DNA from: Candidatus Micrarchaeota archaeon
Lineage (GTDB): Archaea > Micrarchaeota > Micrarchaeia > Norongarragalinales > SBBD01
Direction of reading: 5' to 3'
DNA: 47,451 bases
NCBI GenBank assembly: GCA_038046605.1
Contig: JBBSVW010000089.1
Span: 1-47,451, forward strand
Shown: positions 10,049 through 18,703 of the stretch, piece by piece
Layout of the letters: each line of letters opens with the position of its first letter
How positions within the stretch are numbered: position 1 is the stretch's first letter
The notes under the pieces: model-generated
The model's database searches: none
What the model was told of the DNA's origin: nothing
The model's input: the letters and a program-made list of their open reading frames with translations, nothing else
Program-made: the position numbers and the translations under genes

Positions 10049-11243
10049 ATTCATACGCAAGCGCCTGCACCGGCTCGAGTTGCGCGGCCTTCTTTGCCGG
10101 AAAATACCCCGCAAGCAACCCGACTATTACCGATATGACGATGCCTGCAATTACAAGCTCAATTGAAACAGCCGACGGCGCCCCAAACTGGATAAAAAGC
10201 CATGATACCGATAGGCCAAGTGCCACCCCCCCAATCCCGCCCACCAGGCCAATGATTGCCGCCTCGGAGAGGAAAATCTGGATAATTATTTTTTCTTTTG
10301 CCCCAATTGCCTTGAGGATCCCAATTTCCCGCGTCCTTTCAAGCACGGATGTATACATTGAATTTGCAATCCCGATGCTCCCAACAACCAGTGATATCCC
10401 GGCAACCAACCCCAGGAAAATCGAGAGCAAACCAAAAATCGCCCCAATTGTTGCAAGGATGCTCTCCGCAGTCATCAGGGAAAAGTCCTTATCCTCTAGC
10501 TTTACCCTGTGGTTCCTGGCAATTGTCCTCTCAACTTGATCCGCAATTGGCTTAACCTCCCTTCCTTGCTCGGTAATTATGAAAATCCAAAAAATCCTGT
10601 CCGGATCCTCTGTATCCGCAATGAACTGCCTTGCCGCATGCTTATCGATATAAACATCATCGTCAAAGGATGCCGCCGGATTGATGATCCCCCTTACCTT
10701 GAAAGGCACATCATTGATGTAAACCGTTTTTCCGGTTTCTACCTCATCCTTGAAGGCGGTTTTTGCGACCCGATTTCCAAGCACCACGCCGGTATGGTCC
10801 GTCCCTTTGAGGAATTGCCCGGATTCCATTCCTGTTGTTTTAACGTATTCATCGAACGCTTCTGGCTCTATCCCAGTGACAAGTGCTCCATAGGAGCTGT
10901 TCTTAAATTGAAAATTGACAAAACCCGGAGAAACTAGGGATGATATGCCAATTATCCCCGGCACACGCCGTACGGAATCTGTATCCTGCTCGAAAAGCGC
11001 GCCCTTGAATACGGGCGGGCCAAATGAGCCGGATGCAAATGGATTTCCCGGAAGCACCTGGATGAAATTTGTCCCAAACCCCTCTATCTGCGCCCGGACC
11101 GACCTGTCAAGCCCCTGGGCAAGGGCAATTAGGATTACAATTGATGCAATGCCAATCACGACCCCAAGGATGGTGAGCCAGCTCCTTAGCTTCCTGTATT
11201 TGAGGCCCTCCAAGCCGTATTTTATTACCTCGATTTCGTTCAT
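10047..11243 (-). CDS. MacB/FtsX-like ABC transporter permease
   Basis: RKLRSWLTILGVVIGIAS, SVLERTREIGILKAIGA, GYFPAKKAAQLEPVQAL. Confidence 0.95.
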   Translation of the reverse strand: MNEIEVIKYGLEGLKYRKLRSWLTILGVVIGIASIVILIALAQGLDRSVRAQIEGFGTNFIQVLPGNPFASGSFGPPVFKGALFEQDTDSVRRVPGIIGISSLVSPGFVNFQFKNSSYGALVTGIEPEAFDEYVKTTGMESGQFLKGTDHTGVVLGNRVAKTAFKDEVETGKTVYINDVPFKVRGIINPAASFDDDVYIDKHAARQFIADTEDPDRIFWIFIITEQGREVKPIADQVERTIARNHRVKLEDKDFSLMTAESILATIGAIFGLLSIFLGLVAGISLVVGSIGIANSMYTSVLERTREIGILKAIGAKEKIIIQIFLSEAAIIGLVGGIGGVALGLSVSWLFIQFGAPSAVSIELVIAGIVISVIVGLLAGYFPAKKAAQLEPVQALAYE

Positions 11244-11340
11244 TTCAATTACCGCGAAAAAAAATATTCATTTTAAACGCGCAATAAGCATCCATAAAAA
11301 AATCCTATTTCAATCCTGCAAATGTTAATTTATTTTGATT

Positions 11341-12546
11341 TCACTCGAACCTCAATGCTTCGACTGGTGTTAGCCTTGCCGCATCCCTTGATGGGAAATA
11401 TCCCGATAGCGTTCCGACCACAATTGAAAGCAATAGGCAAAATGCCACAAACTCAACACTCGTATAGGATGGTGCCCCAAGCGCGCCCAAAAGAATGGAA
11501 ATCCCCCACCCAATGGCCGCCCCAACGCTGCCTCCAACCAGGCCGATTAGGGCCGCCTCAAAGAGGAATATCCGGGTTATGGCCTTTTCATTTGCGCCAA
11601 CCGCCTTAAGGATCCCAATTTCCCTTGTCCTTTCAAGCACGGATGTGAACATGGCATTGGCAATCCCAACCATTCCTACGATTAGGGAAATCCCTGCAAT
11701 CAGCCCCAGGAATACCGAAAGCAGGTCGGTTATTTGCCCGACAGTTTTGGAAATGCTCTCCGCCGTATTGGTGGAAAAATCCCTTTCCTCAAGAGGGACT
11801 TTGTGCCGCCTTGATATTTCCCGTTGTATTGCCAATTCCGCCTCCTTTACGTCCTCAGGAGAATTTGCAATCACAAAAATCCGATCAATGCGCTTGCTTC
11901 CTACTGTTTTCCCAATTTCCCTAGCAACGCCCATATCTATGAATATGAAATTATCAAATGAACTGAACGATCCCCCCTTCTTAAGGATACCCTTGACGCG
12001 GAAATCCCTGCCATTGATGTTTATTGTTTTTCCGTATGTGATCTCCTCCTTGAATAGCGTTTTGGCGGCGTTGTTTCCAAGCACAGCGCCACTGGTGTCG
12101 CCCTCGGAGAGGAATTTTCCCTTTTCAAAGCCCACGGTCAGGAAATCATCCATCGCATATGGTTCCGCGCCCACTACCGCACTGCTTAGTTTTTCATCCT
12201 TGAATTGTATGTTGGCAACGCCAATGACAACGGCAGCGGATACTGATTTCACTCCCGGAAGCCTTCTTATCGCATCCGCATCGCCCTGGAAAAGGGCGCC
12301 CTTGAAGGCCGGAGGGCCGAACCTAAACCCCCCCTCAAATGGGCTGCCTGGGGTAAGTATGATGTAGCTTGTCCCAATCGAGCTCAACTGATTCTTGATT
12401 TCCCTATCGAGCCCCTGCCCCACCGAAACAAGGAGCACGATGGAGGCAATGCCAATTACGATCCCAAGTATGGTAAGCCAGCTCCTAAGCTTCCTATGGC
12501 GCATATTGTTCAGGGCGTAGTTTAGGATCTCGACATTTGATGCCAT
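11341..12546 (-). CDS. MacB/FtsX-like ABC transporter permease (paralogue of 10047-11243)
   Basis: Same motifs: RKLRSWLTILG, SVLERTREIGILKAVGA, PSRDAARLTPVEALRFE. Start moved to ATG 12546. Confidence 0.95.
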   Translation of the reverse strand: MASNVEILNYALNNMRHRKLRSWLTILGIVIGIASIVLLVSVGQGLDREIKNQLSSIGTSYIILTPGSPFEGGFRFGPPAFKGALFQGDADAIRRLPGVKSVSAAVVIGVANIQFKDEKLSSAVVGAEPYAMDDFLTVGFEKGKFLSEGDTSGAVLGNNAAKTLFKEEITYGKTININGRDFRVKGILKKGGSFSSFDNFIFIDMGVAREIGKTVGSKRIDRIFVIANSPEDVKEAELAIQREISRRHKVPLEERDFSTNTAESISKTVGQITDLLSVFLGLIAGISLIVGMVGIANAMFTSVLERTREIGILKAVGANEKAITRIFLFEAALIGLVGGSVGAAIGWGISILLGALGAPSYTSVEFVAFCLLLSIVVGTLSGYFPSRDAARLTPVEALRFE

Positions 12547-12673
12547 GCGCTTAAGCCCACCTAATTGAATGTTGCCTTGGGATGGGAGTTGGAGCGTGAA
12601 ATGATCCAATCTCCCAATTAAAAAATATTAATAATAAAATAAAAGGGCAGTCTGCGTCCTATTGTATTTTCCC

Positions 12674-14233
12674 TTACTTGAGTTTCAATTTCTGGCTCAT
12701 ATTGCTCTTGAAAAAGCGCCTGTAGCCAAAATACCCAACAACAATCACCGCAAGCACAATGATGATTGTCACCATCGGATTGCTGCCATTTTGCTTTCCG
12801 GCAATTGCGGCAATGTCCCCCGGGAATATCTCAAATTGCACGAGCTTATCTTCCACATGGGGTTCGTTGTAGGAATCCTTGTAGGAAAGCGAAACATCGA
12901 TGTTGTACTTTCCAGGCTCAACCCCCTTTTTTACAAGTGCGTCGTATTGGACCGTGGAATAATCGTCCAGGTTCAATGTTCCAACAAATGAATCCGCCGG
13001 GCTTAGTATTTCAAGCTCCTTTGAAGCGACCTTAACCGTAAGCGCGCGAACCGCCGTGTTGCCCGTATTCGACACCTGGATGGAAATGGAATAAGGCCGG
13101 TTGTCGTTTGTCATGACCGCCGGATTTGAGCTTATGTATGCCGAAAGTGCTGGTGCGCCCCCGATTTTGACCCCCACTGTTTTCGTTACCGAATCCGCTC
13201 CGCTTTTTGTTTGATAAGTTATTGATAGCGGAAGTGAGTACACCTGGGCCGCAATGTTTGTCCCAATGCCAACGGTAAAATCCATCGTTTTTGTTTCCCC
13301 GACCTTTATCGAATCAATTGTTTTTTCGGTGAAATCCAGGGGGGTGAAGAATTTGCTGTCCTGTGGGAGGGTCACCTTGAAGCTTTTCAAGTCGCTAGAG
13401 CCGGTGTTTTTTATGATAATACTTATTGTCCCGCTCCCTCCCGGGGTTGCATCCTGCGTCTGGGCAAAAATCGAGAATTTCTCATATTCAGAAATGGCGC
13501 TAATCGGGCCAAAATAAATGGTTTCGGATAATCCCGCAGTAACGCCATCATCATAAGTTAATGTAAACGGAATGGAATAAGCCCCTCCGTCAATTCCGTT
13601 TCCGGCAAGTATGGGGATTGAAATGCGCTTCTTTTCGCTAGGGCCGATATTCCCGATATCAATTTTTGTTGTCCCATCGAAGGTGTAATCCGCGGATGCT
13701 AAATAGCTGAGCACGCCGTTTTTAATCGAACCTCCCGCGTTTTCTATTGATGCCTCAATAATGAATGTATCGCCGGGGTAAATTGTTTCCTTGCTTGACT
13801 GTATGTTGCTGATTTTGATTAGATTTGTTGCTGAAACCGTAATTGGAATTGAGAATGATTTGTAATTGCTTCCTCCCTGGATGCTGCTCGTATAGGTTAG
13901 TTCCAAAGTTACTGGAGCTGTTCCCGGTGCGGCCTCTTCCGAGATCCTAAATGGCAGGGCAACATTTGTTGTTCCAAGCGCGCCAAGATCGCCTATTTTT
14001 GTCGATGGCACGAAAAAAATGTTGGAAGCTTTTGCATCAAGGTAAGCGCCGGTAATAAATTCTGTTGAGCTGGGATTATTCAAAATAAGGTTTAGAGTCC
14101 CTGCCATTCCCGGCTTTAGTGTGGTTGGGGTTACTGTATAGCCATCTATTTGCACCCCTGCGTGCGCTAAGGGAATTGTTAACATTAAAACCATTGCCGT
14201 AATCGCCAAATTGCTTTTCATTGCCATATGCAT
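12674..14233 (-). CDS. COG1361-type S-layer-domain / Ig-fold surface protein associated with archaeal MacB-like transporters
   Basis: Signal peptide, repeated beta-sandwich units (IKNTGS, IGNIGP, LSITY), C-terminal TM plus basic tail. AGGTGA RBS upstream; located between the ATPase and the permeases. Confidence 0.85.
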   Translation of the reverse strand: MHMAMKSNLAITAMVLMLTIPLAHAGVQIDGYTVTPTTLKPGMAGTLNLILNNPSSTEFITGAYLDAKASNIFFVPSTKIGDLGALGTTNVALPFRISEEAAPGTAPVTLELTYTSSIQGGSNYKSFSIPITVSATNLIKISNIQSSKETIYPGDTFIIEASIENAGGSIKNGVLSYLASADYTFDGTTKIDIGNIGPSEKKRISIPILAGNGIDGGAYSIPFTLTYDDGVTAGLSETIYFGPISAISEYEKFSIFAQTQDATPGGSGTISIIIKNTGSSDLKSFKVTLPQDSKFFTPLDFTEKTIDSIKVGETKTMDFTVGIGTNIAAQVYSLPLSITYQTKSGADSVTKTVGVKIGGAPALSAYISSNPAVMTNDNRPYSISIQVSNTGNTAVRALTVKVASKELEILSPADSFVGTLNLDDYSTVQYDALVKKGVEPGKYNIDVSLSYKDSYNEPHVEDKLVQFEIFPGDIAAIAGKQNGSNPMVTIIIVLAVIVVGYFGYRRFFKSNMSQKLKLK

Positions 14234-14243
14234 TTCACCTATT

Positions 14244-14972
14244 TTATTGCCAATATTTTGATTTATTGGATTTTTTTCCCCTTTCCATTTCATGCTCCTT
14301 TATCCCATCGCGAAGCCTAACTACGCGCTTAGTCCTTGAAACAAGGCTCGGATCATGCGTCACAAAAATAATTGTGCGCCCTTCCTTTTTATTCAAATCC
14401 TCAAACAAATCCAATATCTCCTTGCCCGTTTTTGAATCCAGGTTTCCAGTGGGCTCGTCTGCAAGAATGATTGCCGGGTCATTGGCAAGCGCGCGCGCTA
14501 TAGCCGTTCTCTGGCGCTGCCCTCCTGATAGTTCCGAGGGGAGGTGGCGCATCCTATCGGCAAGCCCAACCTTGGCCAACAGTTCCCTTGCCCTTCGTTC
14601 CCTATCAATATTGCTCATTCCAAGAAGCATCATTGGAAGCTCGACATTTTCCTGCACGGTAAGCGAGGGGATAAGGAAAAAGAACTGGAAAACAAAGCCG
14701 ATCTTTTTTCCCCGAATTTCCGCCAGCTCATCGTCATTTAGGGTGGAGGTTTCAATTCCATCCAGATACAGTTTCCCTTCCGTAGGCCTATCCAAAAGCC
14801 CAAGAATATGGAGCATGGTGCTCTTTCCGCTTCCGGAAGGCCCCATTATTGCAATTATTTCGCCCTTTTTCACCTCCAAATCTATAAGTTTTAAGGCCTC
14901 AACCTTTGCATCCCCCTCCCCATAGACCTTCCATACGTTTTCAAGCTTCATTACGGTTTTTCCATGCGCCAT
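14244..14972 (-). CDS. MacB/LolD-like ABC ATP-binding protein
   Basis: GPSGSGKST, LSGGQRQR, ILADEPTGNLD, VTHD. Confidence 0.95.
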   Translation of the reverse strand: MAHGKTVMKLENVWKVYGEGDAKVEALKLIDLEVKKGEIIAIMGPSGSGKSTMLHILGLLDRPTEGKLYLDGIETSTLNDDELAEIRGKKIGFVFQFFFLIPSLTVQENVELPMMLLGMSNIDRERRARELLAKVGLADRMRHLPSELSGGQRQRTAIARALANDPAIILADEPTGNLDSKTGKEILDLFEDLNKKEGRTIIFVTHDPSLVSRTKRVVRLRDGIKEHEMERGKKSNKSKYWQ

Positions 14973-15050
14973 AGTTTTTTGCACTTTTGAATTAATCCTT
15001 GATTGAATATAATTATTGGCAAATTGCCTTTATTTCTTCTTGCAGGCATG

Positions 15051-15569
15051 CTATTTTTTTATTCCCATCTCCCGCCTCATGAGTTTAATTTGCCTCCCGG
15101 CAATATCGAACATTTTTAGTTCCATCCTCCTGCGCTTTTCCTTGGGCTGTGAAAGGATGGATCTTCGCATTTCCATCATTGCTCTCCAGAATTTCCTGGC
15201 CTCCGCAACTTCCTGCTCATCAAATCCCTGGGCGATCCTGATGAAAATTGGGTTGACCGTGCTCATCAGGGAGTTGAGGCCCTCTTCCATATGGCTTTTT
15301 CCCTCCTCCAATGTCTTTTTGCCTTTTGAGGAAACCGCATATGATATTTCGCGCCTTCCCCTGCCTCTTGCCTGAAGCCTTCCTTTTATGAGCCCTTGTT
15401 TTTCCATCTTTTGAAGGAGGGGATATACGCTTCCGGCCGAAGGCGACCAATTGCCATCTGTCAGCCTGGCCGCCGTATTGGTTATTACCTTGCCAGAACT
15501 TGGCCTTCGTTCACACTCCCCTAGTATGAAAAGCTCAAGCATCCCCCTAATTCCGCATTCACCCAGCAT
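15051..15569 (-). CDS. PadR-family transcriptional regulator
   Basis: WSPSAGSVYPLLQKMEKQGLI...Y.VSSKGKK winged-helix signature; first gene of the transporter operon. Confidence 0.9.
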   Translation of the reverse strand: MLGECGIRGMLELFILGECERRPSSGKVITNTAARLTDGNWSPSAGSVYPLLQKMEKQGLIKGRLQARGRGRREISYAVSSKGKKTLEEGKSHMEEGLNSLMSTVNPIFIRIAQGFDEQEVAEARKFWRAMMEMRRSILSQPKEKRRRMELKMFDIAGRQIKLMRREMGIKK

Positions 15570-15578
15570 AAGATCACA

Positions 15579-15615
15579 ATATCGTTACCGATATAGCTTT
15601 GGTCAGATATATAAA
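15579..15615 (-). promoter_or_regulatory. TATA box and palindromic operator upstream of padR
   Basis: Minus-strand TTTATATA (15608-15615) and inverted repeat ATATCG-TTAC-CGATAT (15579-15594) between TATA and ATG. Confidence 0.65.
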
Positions 15616-15621
15616 GGTAAT

Positions 15622-15765
15622 GTTGATTTGGGCTTTGTCTCACGTCTGGAATACCTCTGAAGCTGGAGACGGTTTTTCCCTCTGCAGCACCCGAAGTTGC
15701 CAGTCCAGCCTTCCCCTCGCAGGGTTCGCCCTTCGCTTTCGCTCTTGGGACAAAGCCCAATCAAC
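15622..15765 (-). ncRNA. Candidate structured non-coding RNA or MITE-like element
   Basis: ~20-bp terminal stem (15622-15642 with 15746-15765). On the minus strand the internal hairpins carry GAAA, GCGA and c(UUCG)g loops. Confidence 0.45.
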
Positions 15766-15853
15766 CAAAAGGATTATATCCGATCAACCGGAGCCTTCCG
15801 GAGGCGCTTCAAGATGAGGAATAGAACCTTCAAGCTAAATTCGGCATTTTGGG

Positions 15854-16121
15854 ATGCCCTTCTTAGCCACGATTATCGTTTGGGTGGTGGCAGCAATGCT
15901 TATTCTAAAGCTGACCGGCTACAGTCCGACGGATGTAGAGATTTTATCGGCATTAATTGTTGGGGTCAGCATTGATGCGGGTTGAAGGGCAGCTTGGCAG
16001 CCTTGATGAATTTAGGAGAAACACCACATTCGAATTGCGCAGGATTAACGCCAAGTTGGAGAAGCTTGATAAAATGGAGTATGAATTAAAGCTGATTAGA
16101 AGAGGGTTGTCTGCGTCCTAA
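15854..16121 (+). pseudogene. Frameshifted small membrane/coiled-coil protein gene
   Basis: Frame from 15854 reads MPFLATIIVWVVAAMLILKLTGYSPTDVEILSALIVGVSI (2 TM). An overlapping frame from 15975 reads MRVEGQLGSLDEFRRNTTFELRRINAKLEKLDKMEYELKLI (heptads). This could alternatively be two tiny ORFs. Confidence 0.5.
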
Positions 16122-16349
16122 TTAGCATATTGCATCCCCAGTTGCTTCAATATAGTAACTTCGTTTATAAAACGCCAAATTTTCACTTATTTTAGCGAAC
16201 AAAGCCTAATTTTAGCTTCTTTTGAGCCATAACGCCAATAATTTGCTTCCTCAATAGAATTTCCGATTTCTAGCTGATTGCGACTGGTAAACGCTGTTAC
16301 TGACAGGCAACTTAGCCTTCTATTAGGTTTGAATGTTACTACCAACAAG

Positions 16350-16360
16350 TTTATATATAA
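16350..16360 (+). promoter_or_regulatory. TATA box for the small-membrane-protein operon
   Basis: TTTATATATAA about 30 nt before ATG 16388, preceded by an A-rich BRE-like segment. Confidence 0.65.
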
Positions 16361-16387
16361 GCTATATCATAATAATAGCAGTTGGTT

Positions 16388-16768
16388 ATGGTACACAAAA
16401 TCTCTTACTCACAGTTAAGGCAGATGGGGCCTAGCTTACAGGCTAAAGAGCAGGTGCCGGAAAAGAACTATCAGGTTACTCCGATGTTCCTTCCCGCTGA
16501 TATCAGCTCAAAGAGGGGAACTGGAGTAGTCAAGGTTGTTACCAGGCAGGAGTTCATGAATACCAGCATCACCAACTGGGTGCTTTACAATTCTACAAGG
16601 GCGGCTACATACGTCCTTGCGGTTGCAACACTTGTCCTTTTGAATGTCAATATCGTGCTTGCGGGAGTGGCAGGCCTTGCCGCAGGATATTTCTACGGAA
16701 AATACAAATTTTACACTTTCATGGCAATTGCGCAGCCGCGCCACAGGTGGCTCTTGGAAGGTACCTAA
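16388..16768 (+). CDS. Small two-TM membrane protein, TRx(D/E) paralogue A
   Basis: PMFLP..VVTRQEFMN..hydrophobic hairpin..LAGVAGLAAGYFYGKYKF. Confidence 0.8.
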   Translation: MVHKISYSQLRQMGPSLQAKEQVPEKNYQVTPMFLPADISSKRGTGVVKVVTRQEFMNTSITNWVLYNSTRAATYVLAVATLVLLNVNIVLAGVAGLAAGYFYGKYKFYTFMAIAQPRHRWLLEGT

Positions 16769-16769
16769 G

Positions 16770-16866
16770 GACACCGCTAGGGGGATAATCCCCAACACCA
16801 AGGGGAATGTTTTCCCCTAATGTGTTGCCTTACCCCTTCTGGAGGTCGCCTCTGCCCCCTTAATTT
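16770..16866 (+). repeat. ~97-bp multi-hairpin repeat, copy 2
   Basis: Homologous to the reverse complement of 9951-10048; starts just after the TAA at 16768. Confidence 0.9.
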
Positions 16867-16903
16867 GATTGGAAAATTATTTAGGAAAAAGCAAGAAAAA
16901 AAG

Positions 16904-17293
16904 ATGAAAATTATGCCAGAAACAATAATGCCGGGGCATCAACAGGATGTGATTGGGCTCCATAGGAGCGATGCCGCGGGCAAAAAGGATGGCGTGAATT
17001 TGCCTATGAAGACCTTCTCATATGTTGAGCTCGACCCGAAAGTTCGGGCGAATATGAGGGCGGCAACCCGTTGGGATTATGTCAACGAATACATTGGGTA
17101 CTGGTCGGACAACAAGAGGTTTTGGATCTTTGCAATTTCACTTGTAGCAGGCGGAATAATGATGCTTAGTGTGTTTGCGCCAGTTGGGCTTTTGATGATC
17201 ATGCTTGGCGCCAAATACCGCAACGTTGCCTGGATGGATAAGTTCGTATATGGCCGGTTCGGAAAATTCAGGTCGCTTGTTTTGGTGGACTAG
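16904..17293 (+). CDS. Small two-TM membrane protein, TRx(D/E) paralogue B
   Basis: LPMKT..AATRWDYVNEYIGYW..RFWIFAISLVAGG..APVGLLMIMLGAKY. Start moved to ATG 16904 because the upstream frame runs through the repeat. Confidence 0.8.
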   Translation: MKIMPETIMPGHQQDVIGLHRSDAAGKKDGVNLPMKTFSYVELDPKVRANMRAATRWDYVNEYIGYWSDNKRFWIFAISLVAGGIMMLSVFAPVGLLMIMLGAKYRNVAWMDKFVYGRFGKFRSLVLVD

Positions 17294-17393
17294 AATTGAA
17301 AAAACTATTGGGACAATTGCAGAAAATCAACTCGTCCTTCCTTTATTCTTTAAATCGGAAATATTAGTAAAAAAGAAAAAAAGTGAAAAAAAC

Positions 17394-17621
17394 ATGAGCG
17401 GTGGACCAAAACTTCGCGGAAACAGCCTTATAGTGCAGGGAATGGCACTATTGGAAGAGGTAACCCCAATCAAGCCGGTGAAAGGCCACGAGCCGGACTC
17501 ATATGAAAATGGGATGGGAGGCAGGGCTTCAATGCTTGGGCTTTCCCATAGGCAGGTTTATACCCTTTTGGCAATTGGGCTCATATATGCGTTCTTTTTG
17601 GTAATGACGGGCCAGGCTTAG
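17394..17621 (+). CDS. Small tail-anchored membrane protein (75 aa)
   Basis: ATG 17394 after an A-rich GTGA RBS; soluble N-terminus and a single C-terminal TM (VYTLLAIGLIYAFFLVMT). Confidence 0.7.
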   Translation: MSGGPKLRGNSLIVQGMALLEEVTPIKPVKGHEPDSYENGMGGRASMLGLSHRQVYTLLAIGLIYAFFLVMTGQA

Positions 17622-17650
17622 ATAATTTATATGATAAAAAGGAGAAAAAA

Positions 17651-18181
17651 ATGAGGAAACCAATTCACGTCCGGAATTTGGATGAGATAAAGCAGATCAT
17701 CCATAGCGGCGAGCAGGGGCATGGGCATGGCCATGCACACACCGGCGAACCGTACATGACGCACCAGATAGAGGGGCTTTCGCCATACAATGCGGATAAC
17801 CTTCGGCCCTGGTCAACACAGCATCAGACCCACCTGCCAGAGGAAGAAGGAAAGCGCTTGCTTCCAATGTACATGCCAATGACTGCCAATGACACCCAGG
17901 GGGATGGCAAGGGCGTCAATTCAATGATGGTCAAAACCAGGCTTGAAATAATGAATGACATGTTTGATGAGAATTACAAGAACGGCGCTCCTGGAGCGGT
18001 TTACCGCGCGTATTTCATGGCGTGGCTTTGCTTTGCGATCATGCTTTTTGCGCTTACGATTAACGTTTACCTTGCGGGTTTGTTCGCATACCTTGTGGGT
18101 TACTATTGGAGCGAAAAGGAGCTTGCAAGGACATGGTCGGTTGATTGGTGGAAGAGCAAGGCGCTTATCTCGACAAACTAG
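17651..18181 (+). CDS. Small two-TM membrane protein, TRx(D/E) paralogue C, with His-rich N-terminus
   Basis: GHGHGHAH tract; PMYMP..VKTRLEIMND..YRAYF..INVYLAGLFAYLVGYYW. GGAG RBS. Confidence 0.82.
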   Translation: MRKPIHVRNLDEIKQIIHSGEQGHGHGHAHTGEPYMTHQIEGLSPYNADNLRPWSTQHQTHLPEEEGKRLLPMYMPMTANDTQGDGKGVNSMMVKTRLEIMNDMFDENYKNGAPGAVYRAYFMAWLCFAIMLFALTINVYLAGLFAYLVGYYWSEKELARTWSVDWWKSKALISTN

Positions 18182-18203
18182 AAAAAAGCAAAAAGTGATA
18201 AAA

Positions 18204-18320
18204 ATGACACAAAAAAAGGATCAGAAAAACGTTGAAGCTTTCAATCCCCTGAAAGATTCCGGGGAAAAGGAGCGTGTATTCTACAGCAGGTATTCAAACA
18301 GCGCTGCAAAATTCAGGTGA
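18204..18320 (+). CDS. 38-aa soluble peptide within the operon
   Basis: GTGA RBS then ATG 18204; MTQKKDQKNVEAFNPLKDSGEKERVFYSRYSNSAAKFR fills the gap between paralogues. Confidence 0.5.
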   Translation: MTQKKDQKNVEAFNPLKDSGEKERVFYSRYSNSAAKFR

Positions 18321-18376
18321 ATTGAGAAATTAGGTGAATGTATTAGTTTTGTGGATTGTTGAATTAGGTGATTGAT

Positions 18377-18670
18377 ATGGACGATAACATGCCTCCGGTG
18401 CAAATGACTTCGGTGCTAGCGGATGCCAAAAAGCCGTTCCTGAAGATGAGCACCAGGTGGGATTACCTCTCAAAATTCCTTGACATATGGAAGGAGGCCA
18501 TCAAGTTCCGTGGCTATGCCGTCATTTCAGCGATTGCAGGCCTTTACTTGCTCTTCGTAGTTCCGGTTGCCGGCGTAGTCGCCCTTGGCGCTGCGACATA
18601 TTTCTGGGAGCTCTACAAGTTCCGGCTGCATAGGCTTGAGTCGCAAAGGTCGGTCATGATAGGTCACTGA
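18377..18670 (+). CDS. Small two-TM membrane protein, TRx(D/E) paralogue D
   Basis: AGGTGA RBS; MPPVQM..MSTRWDYLSKFLDIW..FRGYAVISAIAG..PVAGVVALGAATYFWELYKF. Confidence 0.8.
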   Translation: MDDNMPPVQMTSVLADAKKPFLKMSTRWDYLSKFLDIWKEAIKFRGYAVISAIAGLYLLFVVPVAGVVALGAATYFWELYKFRLHRLESQRSVMIGH

Positions 18671-18703
18671 GCTTGAGGAGGTGGGTAGTGCCGCCTCTAT
18701 TTT

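Noticed and set aside
11495-14925. Long plus-strand ORFs (11495-12367, 14221-14925) and similar antisense ORFs opposite lig and rps3ae
   Set aside because: Shadow frames fully overlapping well-supported genes on the other strand.
15680-15755. HDV-like ribozyme on the plus strand (CCAGCCTTCCCCTCGCAGG resembles P3/L3)
   Set aside because: No P1.1 GG, P4 or catalytic-C J4/2 strand follows.
15622-15765. RNase P RNA or SRP RNA (AAG-G-CTGGA/TCCAGCTT mimics P4)
   Set aside because: Too short; the bulged U, GAGGAAAGUCC and ACAGAA consensus and the SRP helix-8 motif are absent.
16820-16903. N-terminal extension MCCLTPSGG of paralogue B
   Set aside because: Runs through the hairpin repeat; ATG 16904 is the more plausible start.
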